DNA of 61,826 nt, filler included, from Basidioascus undulatus (lineage: Eukaryota): the NCBI GenBank assembly GCA_000826855.1. It is 7 parts of 7 records of this genome, joined end to end, with 100 filler letters (N's around TTAATTAATTAA, not from the genome) between each part and the next. Parts side by side here need not be neighbours in the genome. Positions count along the whole stretch, not along the records: positions 5,906 to 32,392 come from JTLS01000187.1; positions 32,493 to 38,296 come from JTLS01001870.1; positions 38,397 to 44,197 come from JTLS01001871.1; 4 more parts are not named here. The stretch is one strand, 5' to 3'. Made by a program: the position numbers and the translations under genes. Positions 28,083 to 39,900 of this stretch are shown here, in pieces; positions within the stretch are counted from its first letter, which is position 1; each line of letters opens with the position of its first letter. The notes beneath the pieces are model-generated. The model saw only the letters and a program-made list of their open reading frames with translations. It was not told the DNA's origin and searched no databases.

Positions 28083-29067
28083 GGTGCGGGTGCGAGAAGA
28101 TGCGTTGCGAGCTGCGGATGAATCGAGAGGGGAAAGAGGGTATCTTGCAATACGGTGTTGGATAGGCGAGGTCTGTGCGGTATCGTCGAACGTGGATAAC
28201 GGGGGTGTCAGTGCCCATGTCTTGCAGGCGATCTGCTCATTGCGAGAGTGTGCAGGTGCCGCTCCTGCAGGCCTCCGCTCCGGCCCCGAACGCCAACCAA
28301 GTAGAGTATCCGCCCCGCCGTCCACTAAAGAGCAGCAGAGCTCTATAGTCTTCCTCAATCTCACCTTGACAGACCCTCAAAGGTCTCGACGGAGTACTCG
28401 CTTCCGCAGCGCCGCGATATCGAAGTGATTGCGGCGGCGAAGAGTCGATCGAAATTGATAGCTACGCTGGATCGATAAGCTCCTATACGAGGGTAGGCCG
28501 AGGATTCAGCGAGCTGTTCTAAAACTGAATAACTAATTCGATATGCGCGCGCGTACAGCGTCAGCGTAACGAGCAAGAAGACGGTCAGGACGAGCGGTTG
28601 AGGGCTAGCTGAGAGCTGAGTCCGTGCTCGGCCCGCAGACGCGACACGCGTTTCAAGCGCGACCGGGCTCTCGCAGATATCATTTCGCGAAAATCGCTAT
28701 GCCTATCCTCCATTTTCTGTGGCCATTATTGCGCGTAGAGAAATATCACAGAAACAGTTAAAGTAGGAGTGCGTAAACCTGGCAATTTCATTGAAAACTA
28801 AGGGCGTCGGCACTCAAGGGAACTACCTCCGCGATACGCAACGTCAGCGGGGGCACATGCGCCGCCAAATTGCTGCTTCAGGTTGTCTTCTCTCTTTCAG
28901 GTTGTCTGCTCGATACCCGCCACATCACTCTATCCGTTCTCTCTCACAACGGCTCAGCTAACTTCCAAGTCCATCAAAATTGACTCTCGAATCGTTGTCA
29001 GCTCACGGCCTTCCTTTTCAGAATCCCCTCCATTTGTCGCTCGTTCATCTCTCACCGCTTCGCATCA
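28083..29067. promoter_or_regulatory. Divergent intergenic region shared by dynein and LMW-PTP genes
   Basis: Head-to-head ATGs 985 nt apart, with pyrimidine-rich leaders on both sides. No specific sites identified. Confidence 0.5.
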
Positions 29068-29956
29068 ATGTCGAACGAGCCTACTCGCGTCTTGGCCGTG
29101 TGTCTGGGTACTTCATCTCATAATGCAATCCAAAATTACATCTCGTTTACTGACCAACATTACCTCGCTGTTGCCCAGGCAACATCTGTCGCTCGCGTCT
29201 GTGTCTCCTCTCTTAGACCGACATCTACAGCTCAACAGCGACTGACCTGCGCCACCGTATTCTTCAACAGCCATGGCCGGTACATCCTCTCCATCATCCA
29301 CCCTCTTCGCGCTTCCCCCAACTCAAGCTGATGATCTCTTCGCTCTCCAGAGGCCGTCCTCGCCCACGTAGCGACCAAGAACAACCTGCCCGTGGAGGTC
29401 GACTCGGCCGGCACGGCGGGGTACCACGAGGGGGACGACCCGGACGAGCGCACGGTGGCGACCTGCCGCCTGCACAAGGTCCCCATTTCCTCCACGGCGC
29501 GCCGCGTGCGGCAGTCGGACTTTGACAGCTTCGTGCGTCCCACCCGTCTGGCGTACGGCTATCCGCGTGCTGACTGGCGAATTTGATGGGGATCTGAACG
29601 TCAAATTAGGACTACATCCTTGCTATGGATGCATCAAACCTCTCAAACCTCCAGCGGATCCAGCCCAATAACTCGCGCGCGCAGGGTACGTCGTCGTCCT
29701 GCTCCCCAGTTTTCTCCTCTACCGGCGGCGGCTGACAATACCCCGTAAACAGTCAAGCTCTTCGGCGACTACGGCGATGGGAAGGTGATCGCCGACCCGT
29801 ATTGTATGTCACAGTTGTTTACTAACGTTTCTTCTACACTTCGGCGCTGATGCGGCCAGGACAGACGGCGGGCAGGACGGGTTCGAGAAGTGCTACCAGC
29901 AGTGTTTGCGGTATGCGCAGGGGTTCTACAAGTCTTTGGGGTTCGAGGTAAAATAG
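29068..29956 (+). CDS. LTP1: Low-molecular-weight phosphotyrosine protein phosphatase (7 exons)
   Basis: Spliced: MSNEPTRVLAVCLG|NICRSP|MAE|AVL...VDSAGTAGYHEGDDPDERT...DFDSF|DYILAMD...|VKLFGDYG...IADPY|YGGQDGFEKCYQQCLRY...*. Has the CLGNICRS P-loop and DPYY motif. Confidence 0.95.
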
Positions 29957-30768
29957 AGTACGAGAATTCATGATAGACCGCTCCGGCTCCTCGAATCTCT
30001 CGGCGCACTGTTGAAACGCTTCAGCAAGAGCTCTCACTAAGCGTCTGCAGAGTGGGCTGCTCGACACCCATTCTACTCTCACAATCATCATGCATACGCG
30101 CCAGACACTGGTCGCGGCAAAGGATCTGTTGCGAATGACGAGGATGGAAGGCAACCCGCGCTGCGCACATGGCAGCTATGCTTTAAATATGGAAACGCAA
30201 AGCGGCTACTCATCGTTACGAATACCCATCCCTTTGTAGTTCATATGCAATAGACGAGCACGGCTACTCCCTGTGAAACTCAACGAAGTCTGAAACAAGG
30301 ATTGAACGCATCGACATAGCTGTGCTTACACCGTACAGGCGCAGCAATGGTCACCAAACCGGAAAAGTAGGACGGTATTTTGAAAAGATTCTACTCACAT
30401 ACCTTTCTTGAGGGAAGACGTAACAGATCATGAAGTGAAGGCCCCACTGCATGCGCTGCCTTCACAGTCGACTTACAGATTGAATCGCGACTGCACAAGA
30501 GCTGAACTCGATATGGTTAGGCCAGAATGGAAATGCTTCAACAAGTGTACGATGCTGTATTAAATATGATTCTCAGAGCAAGTATCGGAGCGGTGGCGCT
30601 TCATAGATGAGGCGACCGGCCCTAGAGTGCCTGCCAGCAGTGGTAGATCGCTGGCTGTCCGTCCCCCCTCTCACCTTTCACATCACCACCATAATATTAC
30701 ACTTTCCCCACAGCTGACCCATTTCGATCAACCAGTCTTCTTCAAACGGGGTCCCACTCGCCAACCAT

Positions 30769-31700
30769 CATGGCATCCACTGAGACCTCTCCCGGCGCCT
30801 CTCCGCTAACCCCTCCGCTAGCCGAGTCCGGTGCTCCAATGTTGGAAGAGACTCGCCATATTCTCCGGGGAGAAGCATCGAGCTCGATTTCGCACCCAGC
30901 ACTTCAGGCCAGACCTCCCACTACTCATCTACCATCCAGCACGCCTTCGTACCCTTCACTTTAAGTCAAGTGCTGCTCATCTCCTTCTAACTCCCACCGC
31001 CCGGTGTCCCACGCACCGTCATCCTGAAGCTCTTCGATCCGCGCTTCTGGCCCTAGCGCGAGCAGGACCGCGCACCGGCTTGGACGCCCGCTGCCGAGGC
31101 GGCGGCAGCGGAGCGGCGCCGGGCGATCGCTCGGGACGAGGAGGATGATCGTTTACTCGAGATGCTCGGGCGCTCGTCGAAGTACAGTCCGGTGGATTGG
31201 GAGGACTCCTATTATCGCACTTGTGAGGGAATGTGGACGGATGAGCGCGAGGCGTATGCGCGCCTTGCGTACTTGCAAGGCGAGAGCATCCCAACTTACT
31301 ACGGCACCGCGTGTCTGCACCTTCCCCACCCGGACCGCTCCATCCGTTCGGGCTCCTCATGCAGCACATCTCCGACAGCATCCCGCTCTCTCGGTGTGAT
31401 CCCAGCGCCGTCTCCCCGCGCTCATCCGGTCCCTCCGAACCACCATCGACGCGCTCGCCCCGCGCGGGGTATGCCACTGCGAAATCCGCGCAGACAACAT
31501 CCTGCTCTGCCCCGTGGATGCGCCGGTGCAGCGCGCCATGCTGATTGATTTTGGGATGGCGCTCGTGCGCGGCCCGAGGTGATGGAGGATGAGTGGGAGG
31601 AGCAGGTCTTCTTCTGGCGCGATCGGTTTGGGGTGAAGGTAATGCGTGAACACGCCGGGGTGAGGATGGATGGTCGCGGCGGAGGCGGAGGCTTGAGTCG
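30769..31700 (+). pseudogene. Fungal protein-kinase-like gene, disrupted
   Basis: VILKLFDPRFWP-TAG (31054-31056), EREAYARLAYLQGESIPTYYG, GLLMQHI, HCEIRADNILL and LIDFGMA are spread over different frames without introns. Confidence 0.75.
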
Positions 31701-31961
31701 TTTGTACCGGTAGAGCTGTACATGTCGAGTATTCATGCGCTTTAGATCCTCGGCTTATTGCTTCTGAGCGTGCAAGCGCTTTCGAACATGAACGGAGTGA
31801 CATCCCGCATCCGCCGCGAGACGGTGCCTCCATCGCAGGATCCGCCTGAGCGCGCCTGCACGACCAATACGCGACACACTCAGCGTCAGACCCACCCAAC
31901 ACTCAGCAGTGCTGTCTCAAAATAAAATGTATCTCGCCCCCCCCATCCCCTCTCCCACTCA

Positions 31962-32273
31962 CTACTCATCCTCCTCCTCACTAAGCACCTTCTTCCTCCT
32001 CCCCGCCTTGCCCGTGTTCCCCACCGGTCCTTCCTCATCCAAATCCTCACTCTCCACATCCTCCTCCCCGCTCTCCTCCGCCTCTTCCTCTTCGTCGCTC
32101 CCGCTGCCGCGCTTCTTGGACGAAGACGAGGAGCGCTTCGACTTCTGCGACGCCTCGATCTTCCGGTCGAGCGCTTCGAGCGAGTCGAGGGAGGCGGAGC
32201 GCTTGCGCCGAAGGATGGGCGCGGATTTCGGGGTGGACTTTTTGCGCGTGGCGGTGAAGGAAGCGTCGGAGTC
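31962..32273 (-). CDS. Last exon of an unidentified protein with a basic/acidic low-complexity C-terminus (5' lost at contig end)
   Basis: CAG acceptor at about 32274, then an open frame DSDASFTATRKK...RRKRSASLDSLEALDRKIE...DEEEEAEESGEED...KKVLSEEEDE-TAG with coding-like codon usage. Confidence 0.5.
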   Translation of the reverse strand, partial: DSDASFTATRKKSTPKSAPILRRKRSASLDSLEALDRKIEASQKSKRSSSSSKKRGSGSDEEEEAEESGEEDVESEDLDEEGPVGNTGKAGRRKKVLSEEEDE

Positions 32274-32392
32274 CTGGAGGCGCAGTCGAGGGTCAGAAAC
32301 CCCAGTCGGGTGAAAAGAGAAAAAGAGAGAGGGGGGAAGTATTGATGTGCTCGGGGGAAACCGCAGATCGGCCGCGAATCAGCCCGCCTCGC

Positions 32393-32492
32393 NNNNNNNN
32401 NNNNNNNNNNNNNNNNNNNNNNNNNNNNNNNNNNNNTTAATTAATTAANNNNNNNNNNNNNNNNNNNNNNNNNNNNNNNNNNNNNNNNNNNN
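32393..32492. other. Artificial contig spacer
   Basis: N44-TTAATTAATTAA-N44. Confidence 0.99.
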
Positions 32493-32546
32493 CCCCACCC
32501 CCCTCCTCTTCCCCTCACCTCCCCCCCCCCCCCCCCCCCCGCGCAG

Positions 32547-33338
32547 ACGCACAGCCAACGCCCCCATCCAGCGCTCCATCATCCGCCACCTCCTCCTCCT
32601 CCTCGACCTCTCCGCGTCCATGCTCGACCGCGACCTCCGCCCGACGCGGCACGAGCTCGCGCTCGAGTACGCCCGCGAGTTCACGAGCGAGTACTTTGAC
32701 CAGAACCCGATTGGGCAGATGGGCGTTGTGGGACTTCGCGCGGGCGTCGCGGAGTGGGTGAGCAAGATGGGCGGTGCGTCGCGGGGCGGTGGGAGGGGTG
32801 GGGGTGGGTTGCGTTGGTAAACGGAGCGGCCGGCTGATCGAGAAGGGCGTTGTGGGGGGATAGGCAACCCACATGATATCATCAAGGCCCTCCAGAACAA
32901 GTCAAAGCTCGAGCCAGCCGGCGAGCCGAGTCTGCAGAACGCGCTCGAAATGGCGCGGTCGTCCATGGCGTGCGTCCTCCCCCCTCCTGCTCCTCGTCCT
33001 GCCACCCCGCCACGAATCCCTTACTGAACCCGGAGCCTTCGGTCCCCAGACATCTACCCACCCACGCCTCGCGCGAGGTCCTCCTTATCTTCGGCTCGCT
33101 CACGACCTGCGACCCGGGCAACATTCACGACACGATGCGGGCGCTGATCAACGACCGAGTGCGCGTAAATGTTGTCGCGCTCGCTGCCGAAGTCCGGATC
33201 CTGCGGGAGATCGCAGAAAAGACCGGCGGTACCTCCCCTCCCCCTCCCTCTTCCCCTTTCACTTTCCCAGCCGGACCGCAGTTGACTTTCCCGTCCGCGT
33301 CTGCGTCAGGCACCTTCCACGCTCGGTACCGATTCTAG
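32547..33338 (+). CDS. SSL1: TFIIH p44/Ssl1 vWA domain; 5' cut by contig end, 3' apparently truncated
   Basis: IQRSIIRHLLLLLDLSASMLDRDLRPTR...EYFDQNPIGQMG...|GNP...GEPSLQNALEMA|HLPTHASREVLLIFGSLTTCDPGNIH...LAAEVRI...TG|GTFHARYRF*. No downstream Cys-rich zinc domains. Confidence 0.9.
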
Positions 33339-33537
33339 GATGATCAGAAAGCTATCAGGAGAGACGGGAAAAGAAAGCGGGAACACAGTAACGACGGAAC
33401 AGAGAGCGAGGGGAAGGGGAAGGGAAAGGGAAAGCCAGGCCACGACAGTGGACCGGACGTCGCAGCGCAAGGGGTGAAAGAAGACACAATCCTCAAAGAG
33501 TCCAAACAGAAAGTGAAAGTCAGACGCGAGTGAAAGT

Positions 33538-36500
33538 TTAACGGTTCGCGTAGCGAAGGAACCTGGACGCAATGAGGGTACAGATGATGTTGAAAGCAGT
33601 GAAAGCGATGAGGATGCCTATGGGACGGGTTTCGCGGTCAGTTTATGCATCAGATAGCTTGCAACCATGGGAGGAAAAGAATGGACACAAACTTACCGAG
33701 ATCGCGCCACCGGTCGTCGAACGAAATGCCGAGCGGGGTGTAGAACTGGTCGCCGAGGTTGTATTGGCAGAACCCGCAGTCGGACGTGGCGTTCGGGTCG
33801 CGGAGGTACTGGAAGATGACGACAGCAGTCAGCATCGGTGTTGGGGTAGCCAAGCGTTATATCTACACTTACTCCGCCCATCGAGTCGACATACGGCTGC
33901 GCCCAGTCGCCGCACGTCTGCCCGGACGGCGGCTGGAACACGGCGAACTCCTCCGGCTTGCAGCGGACCTCGAGGCCGTGCAGCTCGGTCGACACCATGC
34001 CAGAGATGAGACGCGTGAAGGGGTCGAGTTGGTCTGGAAAAAAGTAGAGGGAAGGAACTTCAGTACAGCGAATGTTGTCCAGAGATTCTTGCTTGAACAT
34101 ACACATCCAAACACGCCAGCTGCACGATGCGATTCCCCGTCAGCTCTGGTCTCAGCCATCGAGTGGTGGGTTGCGGACTCACAAGTAGATCATGTTAGGC
34201 TTGGGGATCGTGACACCGCAGAAAAGAGAGAAGATGACGAGCAGGAACGGGTTGAAGAGCGCGGCGATGAAGATCGACGGAGAGAGCGCAGCAACGAGCT
34301 GGCCGAGCGTGACCGAGTACACCTCAGTGATGAGGATGATAAAGAACTAGCGCAGCACGTCTGTCAGCATCGAGCGGCCACGTCTGCTCGTGATTGTGGT
34401 GGACCAACCTGGTATCCAGCGCGGTCGGACGAAGTGTTGAAGCCGGCAGGGTAGGTGAGGAGCAGGAAGAAGGCCGTCGCGCAGAGCAAGCTGTTCGGCA
34501 TCTCGGAGACGAGCTGCGCGAGCGAGAAGACAAACGGCGAGTACATCTGGATGCGGGCTGCTGTCAGTGACAGAACGACTAAAGTATTCAAATGCACGCA
34601 CCCTCGAAGAGTCCTCGCGCACAAAGGTGGACCTGGCCATGATGTACGTCGGCTCGACCTGGGCAAGAATAAGGGCAGGCATGACCGTCGCAACTGCGAG
34701 ACGGAACACAGCGTCAGCGAAAGCCTCGGAGAACTACAATTTGCAAGCCTGACGAACTGAAGATGACGAAGACGCGGTATTGCAGTTCGGCGACGGCTAT
34801 GGAGCGAAAGGGTCAGCATGAGGAATCCTGGTCTTAGACAGCAGACAGCAGGTGATTGCGCACAATCGCCGAGCATGAGGAACGTGAGCGAGGTGAAGAG
34901 GGCGATGATCATGTGAGAGAAACTGCGGAGGCGATCAGGTTAACAAAGAACGGACGATTAAAACGCAGTGAGCGACGACGCACAGACGAGTGAAGCCATA
35001 GTCTGGCATGCGCCAGAACGACAGGAACGTGCGCTTGCCGACAACCTTAAGCTGGAAGAGGAAGGAGGTGTTGTCTGGCCGTGAAGTGGACAGTCAGGTC
35101 GGTGCGTTTCTGGAAGGATCAGACGGCGTTGGACGTACAACGGCTGGTGGCGGCCTTCTCTTCGGGGAAATCCTTCAGTGCCTGGGCGTTAAGCTCCTCG
35201 ATGACGCGCTTGTTCTCGGCGAACTCCTCCGACTTGAGGTAGACCTCCGACCACGGCTTAGGCCCAACGCGCTTCTTGGTCCCGGCACCGATAGCGTCGA
35301 GCTGCGTTCGGACCGTCAGTTTTTCTGGTCTACAATGAGGCAGCAGAAACTGTACACACCATGTACTCCGCGGGGTTGGCGTCAGGCGGGCAGTGCGCGC
35401 CGTGCTTCGCGAGGTAGTTGACGAGGACGTGCGAGTCCTTGCCGACGTCGCCGAAGTAGACGGTCTTGCCGCCACGCTCGAGAAGAAGGAGGCGGTCGAA
35501 CTGCTCGAAGAGAAGGGCGCTGTGCGATATTGACGTACGTCAGTGGACGGACGGGAGCTTGGAAAGAAGGGAAGACTGACTTGGGCTGGTGGATCGTGCA
35601 GAGAATGGCCTGACCGGCGGCAGCAAGCTTCTTCAGGAAGCGGACGATGCTGCGAATGGACGTGTGTCAGTCAAGGCTACGCACACAGAGTTCGAGCATA
35701 CGCACTTGTAAGCAGACTGGCCGTCGAGACCGGAAGTAGGCTACAAGGTGATGATGCGTTAGTCGTGCTTTGAGAAGCAAATTGGGGAGGGAGTTGCGCA
35801 CCTCGTCAAGGAAAAGAAGGAGCTGCGGCTTCGCAGCGAGCTCAACACCGATAGTCAGACGCTTGCGAGCCTCGACGCCGAGACCTGGAAGAAGCAATCG
35901 GGTGTAAGAGAATGAAGTGAGAAAGGTTGAGTGGAAAGACACGGACCGTAGCCGGGGAAACCGATCATTGCATCCGCGATGTCCTCCATCTCGAGAAGCT
36001 GGATAATCTCCCTGAATGTGCGAGACGCTTAAGAATGCGCAATCCCTGCAAATTCATCCTCTGGAAGACGTACTCGACGTAGTCGTCCTTCTCCTCCTTC
36101 GAGACCTCCTTCGGCTGGCGCAGGTAGGCCGAGAAGCGAAGGGCCTCGCGGACGGTGGTGGTCCACTCGTGAACTGAAGACACGACACGGCGCGTAAGCT
36201 TCGCGCCAGAGGAAATTTGGATGTGATATTCAACGCACCATCCTGTTGCTCGCAGTACGCCGCGCCGGCCTGGAAGTCCATGCCGATGGGACGGCCGGCG
36301 ATACGGATCTCGCCGGTGATGACACCCATGGTCTTGCGGTCAGCGAGGACGTCCTGTTAAACCGGGAGGAAGGGGGTCAGTGATGAGCTTGATGTGCGGA
36401 GTAAGTGTCCAAACGTACGAGGAGCGTGGTCTTGCCGGCGCCGGATGCCTGCGATGAACGAGAGCGTGAGATCAAGTGCAGCAGCATCAAACCCACACGA

Positions 36501-38200
36501 GAAGAAGACTTGCACCCATAAGCGCAGTGAGCGTGCCGGGCTTGACGTAACCGAAGCTGGAACGATCAACGTGAGCTGCGGAAACTGAATTGAAGAGGAT
36601 CATAAGGTGGAACGTACACGTTGTCGAGCAGCTGCTTCTGACCGCCAGGAACCGGGACGGTGTAGCACTACACGCCGGCGCAAGGGCATCAGAAACGCGC
36701 CATGCACGATTCAAAAAGAAAAAGCAACACACGAGGTTGGACCACGTAAAGGGCTTGCGCGTCTTAATGAGGCCGTCGAGGTTCTGCTGCGCGGTGCCCT
36801 TCCGGAACGCCTCCTTGCGCTCCTGGAGGCGCTGGTTGCGGACCTGGGTGTCCTTGTCTTCGGGTTTGTAGACAGTGATGGACGAGGCGTGGGCGCCGTG
36901 CGCGACGATCTCAACGAGGATCATCTGCAGGGTCTGGAAGCCGACAAAGAAGGCGATGATGATCCCAAAGTTGCGCCAGCGGTCGCCCGGGCTGCAGAAG
37001 ACGGAGAGGAACAGGCTCAGTCCATCTAGCTGTACGCGGGTGACCGAGGCAGAAGGAAAAGACCCACCTGTACTGGAACGCAGTCTCCACATAGTCGGTG
37101 CCGCTCACGTACGGGTTGCCCGGCTGGGCGCCACGCAGCGTGCAGACCTGGTTCGGGCCGAGGGTGGTCGGGTACTGCGGGAGGAGCGAGGGGACCTGGT
37201 ACATCGGGTCGCAGAGCAGGTTGAGGCGCATGAACTCGTTCGTCATGAGCGCGCTGAAGCCGTAGTTGAGCGGGTTGAGGTAGCTGGGCGAAAAATCGAG
37301 CATAAAGCGTTAGCTGACCGCGCGTACATAAGTTGGTGTGGGACGCACGAGATCCAGAAGAGCCAGCGCTTCATGGCGAAGACGGGGATCATGTAACCGG
37401 CGTCTGGAAGAGACAGCGTCAGCCGCATCGAACTTGCGATGAAAAAGAAACACAAGCAACTCACAAAGAACCATGCCCGTGACGAGGAACGACGCAAGAC
37501 GCGCCGCGACATCGTAGCTGACACACACGGTACCGATCATACGGAAGAACGCGGTCATGGCGAGGAACGTCAGGTAGATGATCTGTGTATCGCCTCATTA
37601 TGTCAGCCACGCGTCCGGAAAAGCAAGACCCACACCAAGGCCGGCAGGCAACGCACGATGTAGAACGTGAAGAACGCGCCTGCCGACCGCGACAGACCAG
37701 CCATGAAGTAGATGATGATTGAGAAGAGCATGATCTGTCCCCGCCGCACCGCGTGAGCTGGACTGAACTGCAGGAAGGGAGAGGGTAAGCGGAGAAGACG
37801 GACCTGGAGCGCCGAGAACGGAATGTCTGCGACGATGGCTGCGAGCGAGAGGGCCGAGGGGCGGTAGAATTGGAAGCCTGGCGGTAGGGGATGTGAGATT
37901 TGTGCGGGGAAAGGCACTGGGGGAATGAGTACGGACCGATTTGCTTGTACAGGATGGGGCGACCCATCATCTGGGACGGCAATTCCGAGAATGCGTTCAG
38001 GCCGTTGCTGGAGAGAGGACCATGAATGAGTTTTGAAAACGTCTAGACTTGGATCAGTACGCACAAGAGCAGAGCTGCGGCGATCCAACGCGTGTCAGAG
38101 GCGTTCTGAGGGCGGCCATGATGAGGGAGAAACGCACCAATGAAGATGACACCGCCGCGAGTGAACGCGCCAGAGGCAGACTCGGGGAGGTTGAGGTAGA
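33538..38200 (-). CDS. PDR/ABCG full-size multidrug ABC transporter (Snq2-like), TMD1-NBD2-TMD2; 5' lost at contig end
   Basis: [99 protein letters not shown]-terminus [11 protein letters not shown]. Confidence 0.95.
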
Positions 38201-38296
38201 CTGCCGCATCACCCACCGCATAAGCACCCCGCCCAACACACGCAGAAGGAAGGGAGGGAGGGAGGGGGGTGAGGAGGCTAATTGGAGGTGGTATGG

Positions 38297-38396
38297 NNNN
38301 NNNNNNNNNNNNNNNNNNNNNNNNNNNNNNNNNNNNNNNNTTAATTAATTAANNNNNNNNNNNNNNNNNNNNNNNNNNNNNNNNNNNNNNNNNNNN
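38297..38396. other. Artificial contig spacer
   Basis: N44-TTAATTAATTAA-N44. Confidence 0.99.
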
Positions 38397-38775
38397 GGGG
38401 GGGGGGGGAGGATATATTGGCTTGGAGGTCGCTTTTGAGAGGGTGTATTTGCTTAGAAGGAGCGACTTGCTGAGTTCCGGACCAATGTTCGGAGCAGGCG
38501 AGACTCGCACTGTTTCATACCCAGTGCAGTCTGCTTTGATTCTTCCGAAATCGCTTTCGTCGTGCCTAGCAGTTGTCGTCTCCCAATTAATGGCGCTGGT
38601 GTGCAGAGATTGGAGCCACAGGCGTACTTTCAGTCAGCGTCAAGGACAGTACTTCAGCTAGCGTACGAGTTGGTCTAAACGCAAGCGAACATTTGTATCA
38701 CTCAAACGAGCCTTCAAGAATACGACACGAACAAGCTCATTCCGTCCCATGTCCTCTATGCAACATTCACCATTC

Positions 38776-39900
38776 CTAGGTCCAGCTCAAGCGACGCTGC
38801 ATGTTCCAAGCGTAAGTCCCAAAGCTCCCATGGACCTCGACTTGAAGGTTCGAAACGGCGATTATTGCGGAACCCATCCCGTGCCCAATTGCCTCGTCCC
38901 GCTCTCTAGCTAAGGGGTCCGAGGAGTCGGCGCGAGGCAGGACGCTATAACCAAAGGTTTCAAGCGCCGGGAACCCAGCAAGCAGGGTTGCAAGTTTGAC
39001 GTACTGAAGAAGGGGGGAGAGAAAACTGTCAGAATGCTTCTTCAACGGGCGGAGGATGTTATGAAGGGCCGGGTAGGAGGGGGCTCGTGGGCAGGGAACG
39101 ATGACGAGACTACCCGCTGCTTCGTCTTCAATGCCACGATACAGAAAGTGAATCCCCAAAGCTCGCAGGTAACGTAAGGACCTTGAAAGCGGTTGCAACG
39201 TCTCGAGGCGCGTGTCGTCAAGATAGTAAACCCACAGATGCAGAGATTGAAATAGAGGGAGCGTCTGTAGCGACATGCAGCTCGGTGGCGTCGCGCAAAC
39301 TCTTTTCGAGTCCGTATGTCGACTCTGCGTCGGGTGGAAATTGGCTCTCGAGCTCACTGAACGACTCGCCTGCTTTTGCTGAAAGTCGATCCCGAAGGTA
39401 AAGTGATGAGGAGCTTGTTGTCTCGCCACGAAAGAGGCTAAGCTCGCGAGAAGGAGTCTAGCGTCGTCCCCGTGGCGGAGATCTCCCAGCCGGAAGCGGA
39501 TGTCAAGAACACGCAGGATCGGGAAAGCCGGAGCGGAGGCGAGGGCATCCAGGAATCGTCAATCAGTTGGAGTTCGAGCAGTGTGTTGCCACTGAAGATG
39601 TGGTCGGCGACTGCGCGCGAGAATTATTCCGCATGAAAGAAAACGAAATGTGCTTCGATCTTAGACAGCGGATGTGCGAGAGGTCGACATTTCGGAGCAG
39701 TCCCGGTCGTATGTCGTACCCGGGATCCCCAGCGCCCGGTGAGGCTTGTAGCGACCCGAGGGCTGTGGTCGACGGGCCTCAGAAGGCGGCGAGATTTCAT
39801 CGTGCACGTGAGGAGCGTCAGTGTGGCCCAGGGCCTTTGCGGAGCGTAGATCGAGGGGCCCGTCGGAAGTGGCAGTGCCTGCGCAAAGCGTGGACATACA
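38776..39900 (-). pseudogene. Degraded LRR/F-box-associated-like protein
   Basis: Leu-periodic segments (FPILRVLDIRF; LPLFQSLHLWV; LRYLRALGIHF; FPALETFGY) broken by stops and frame changes. Family call is weak. Confidence 0.3.
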
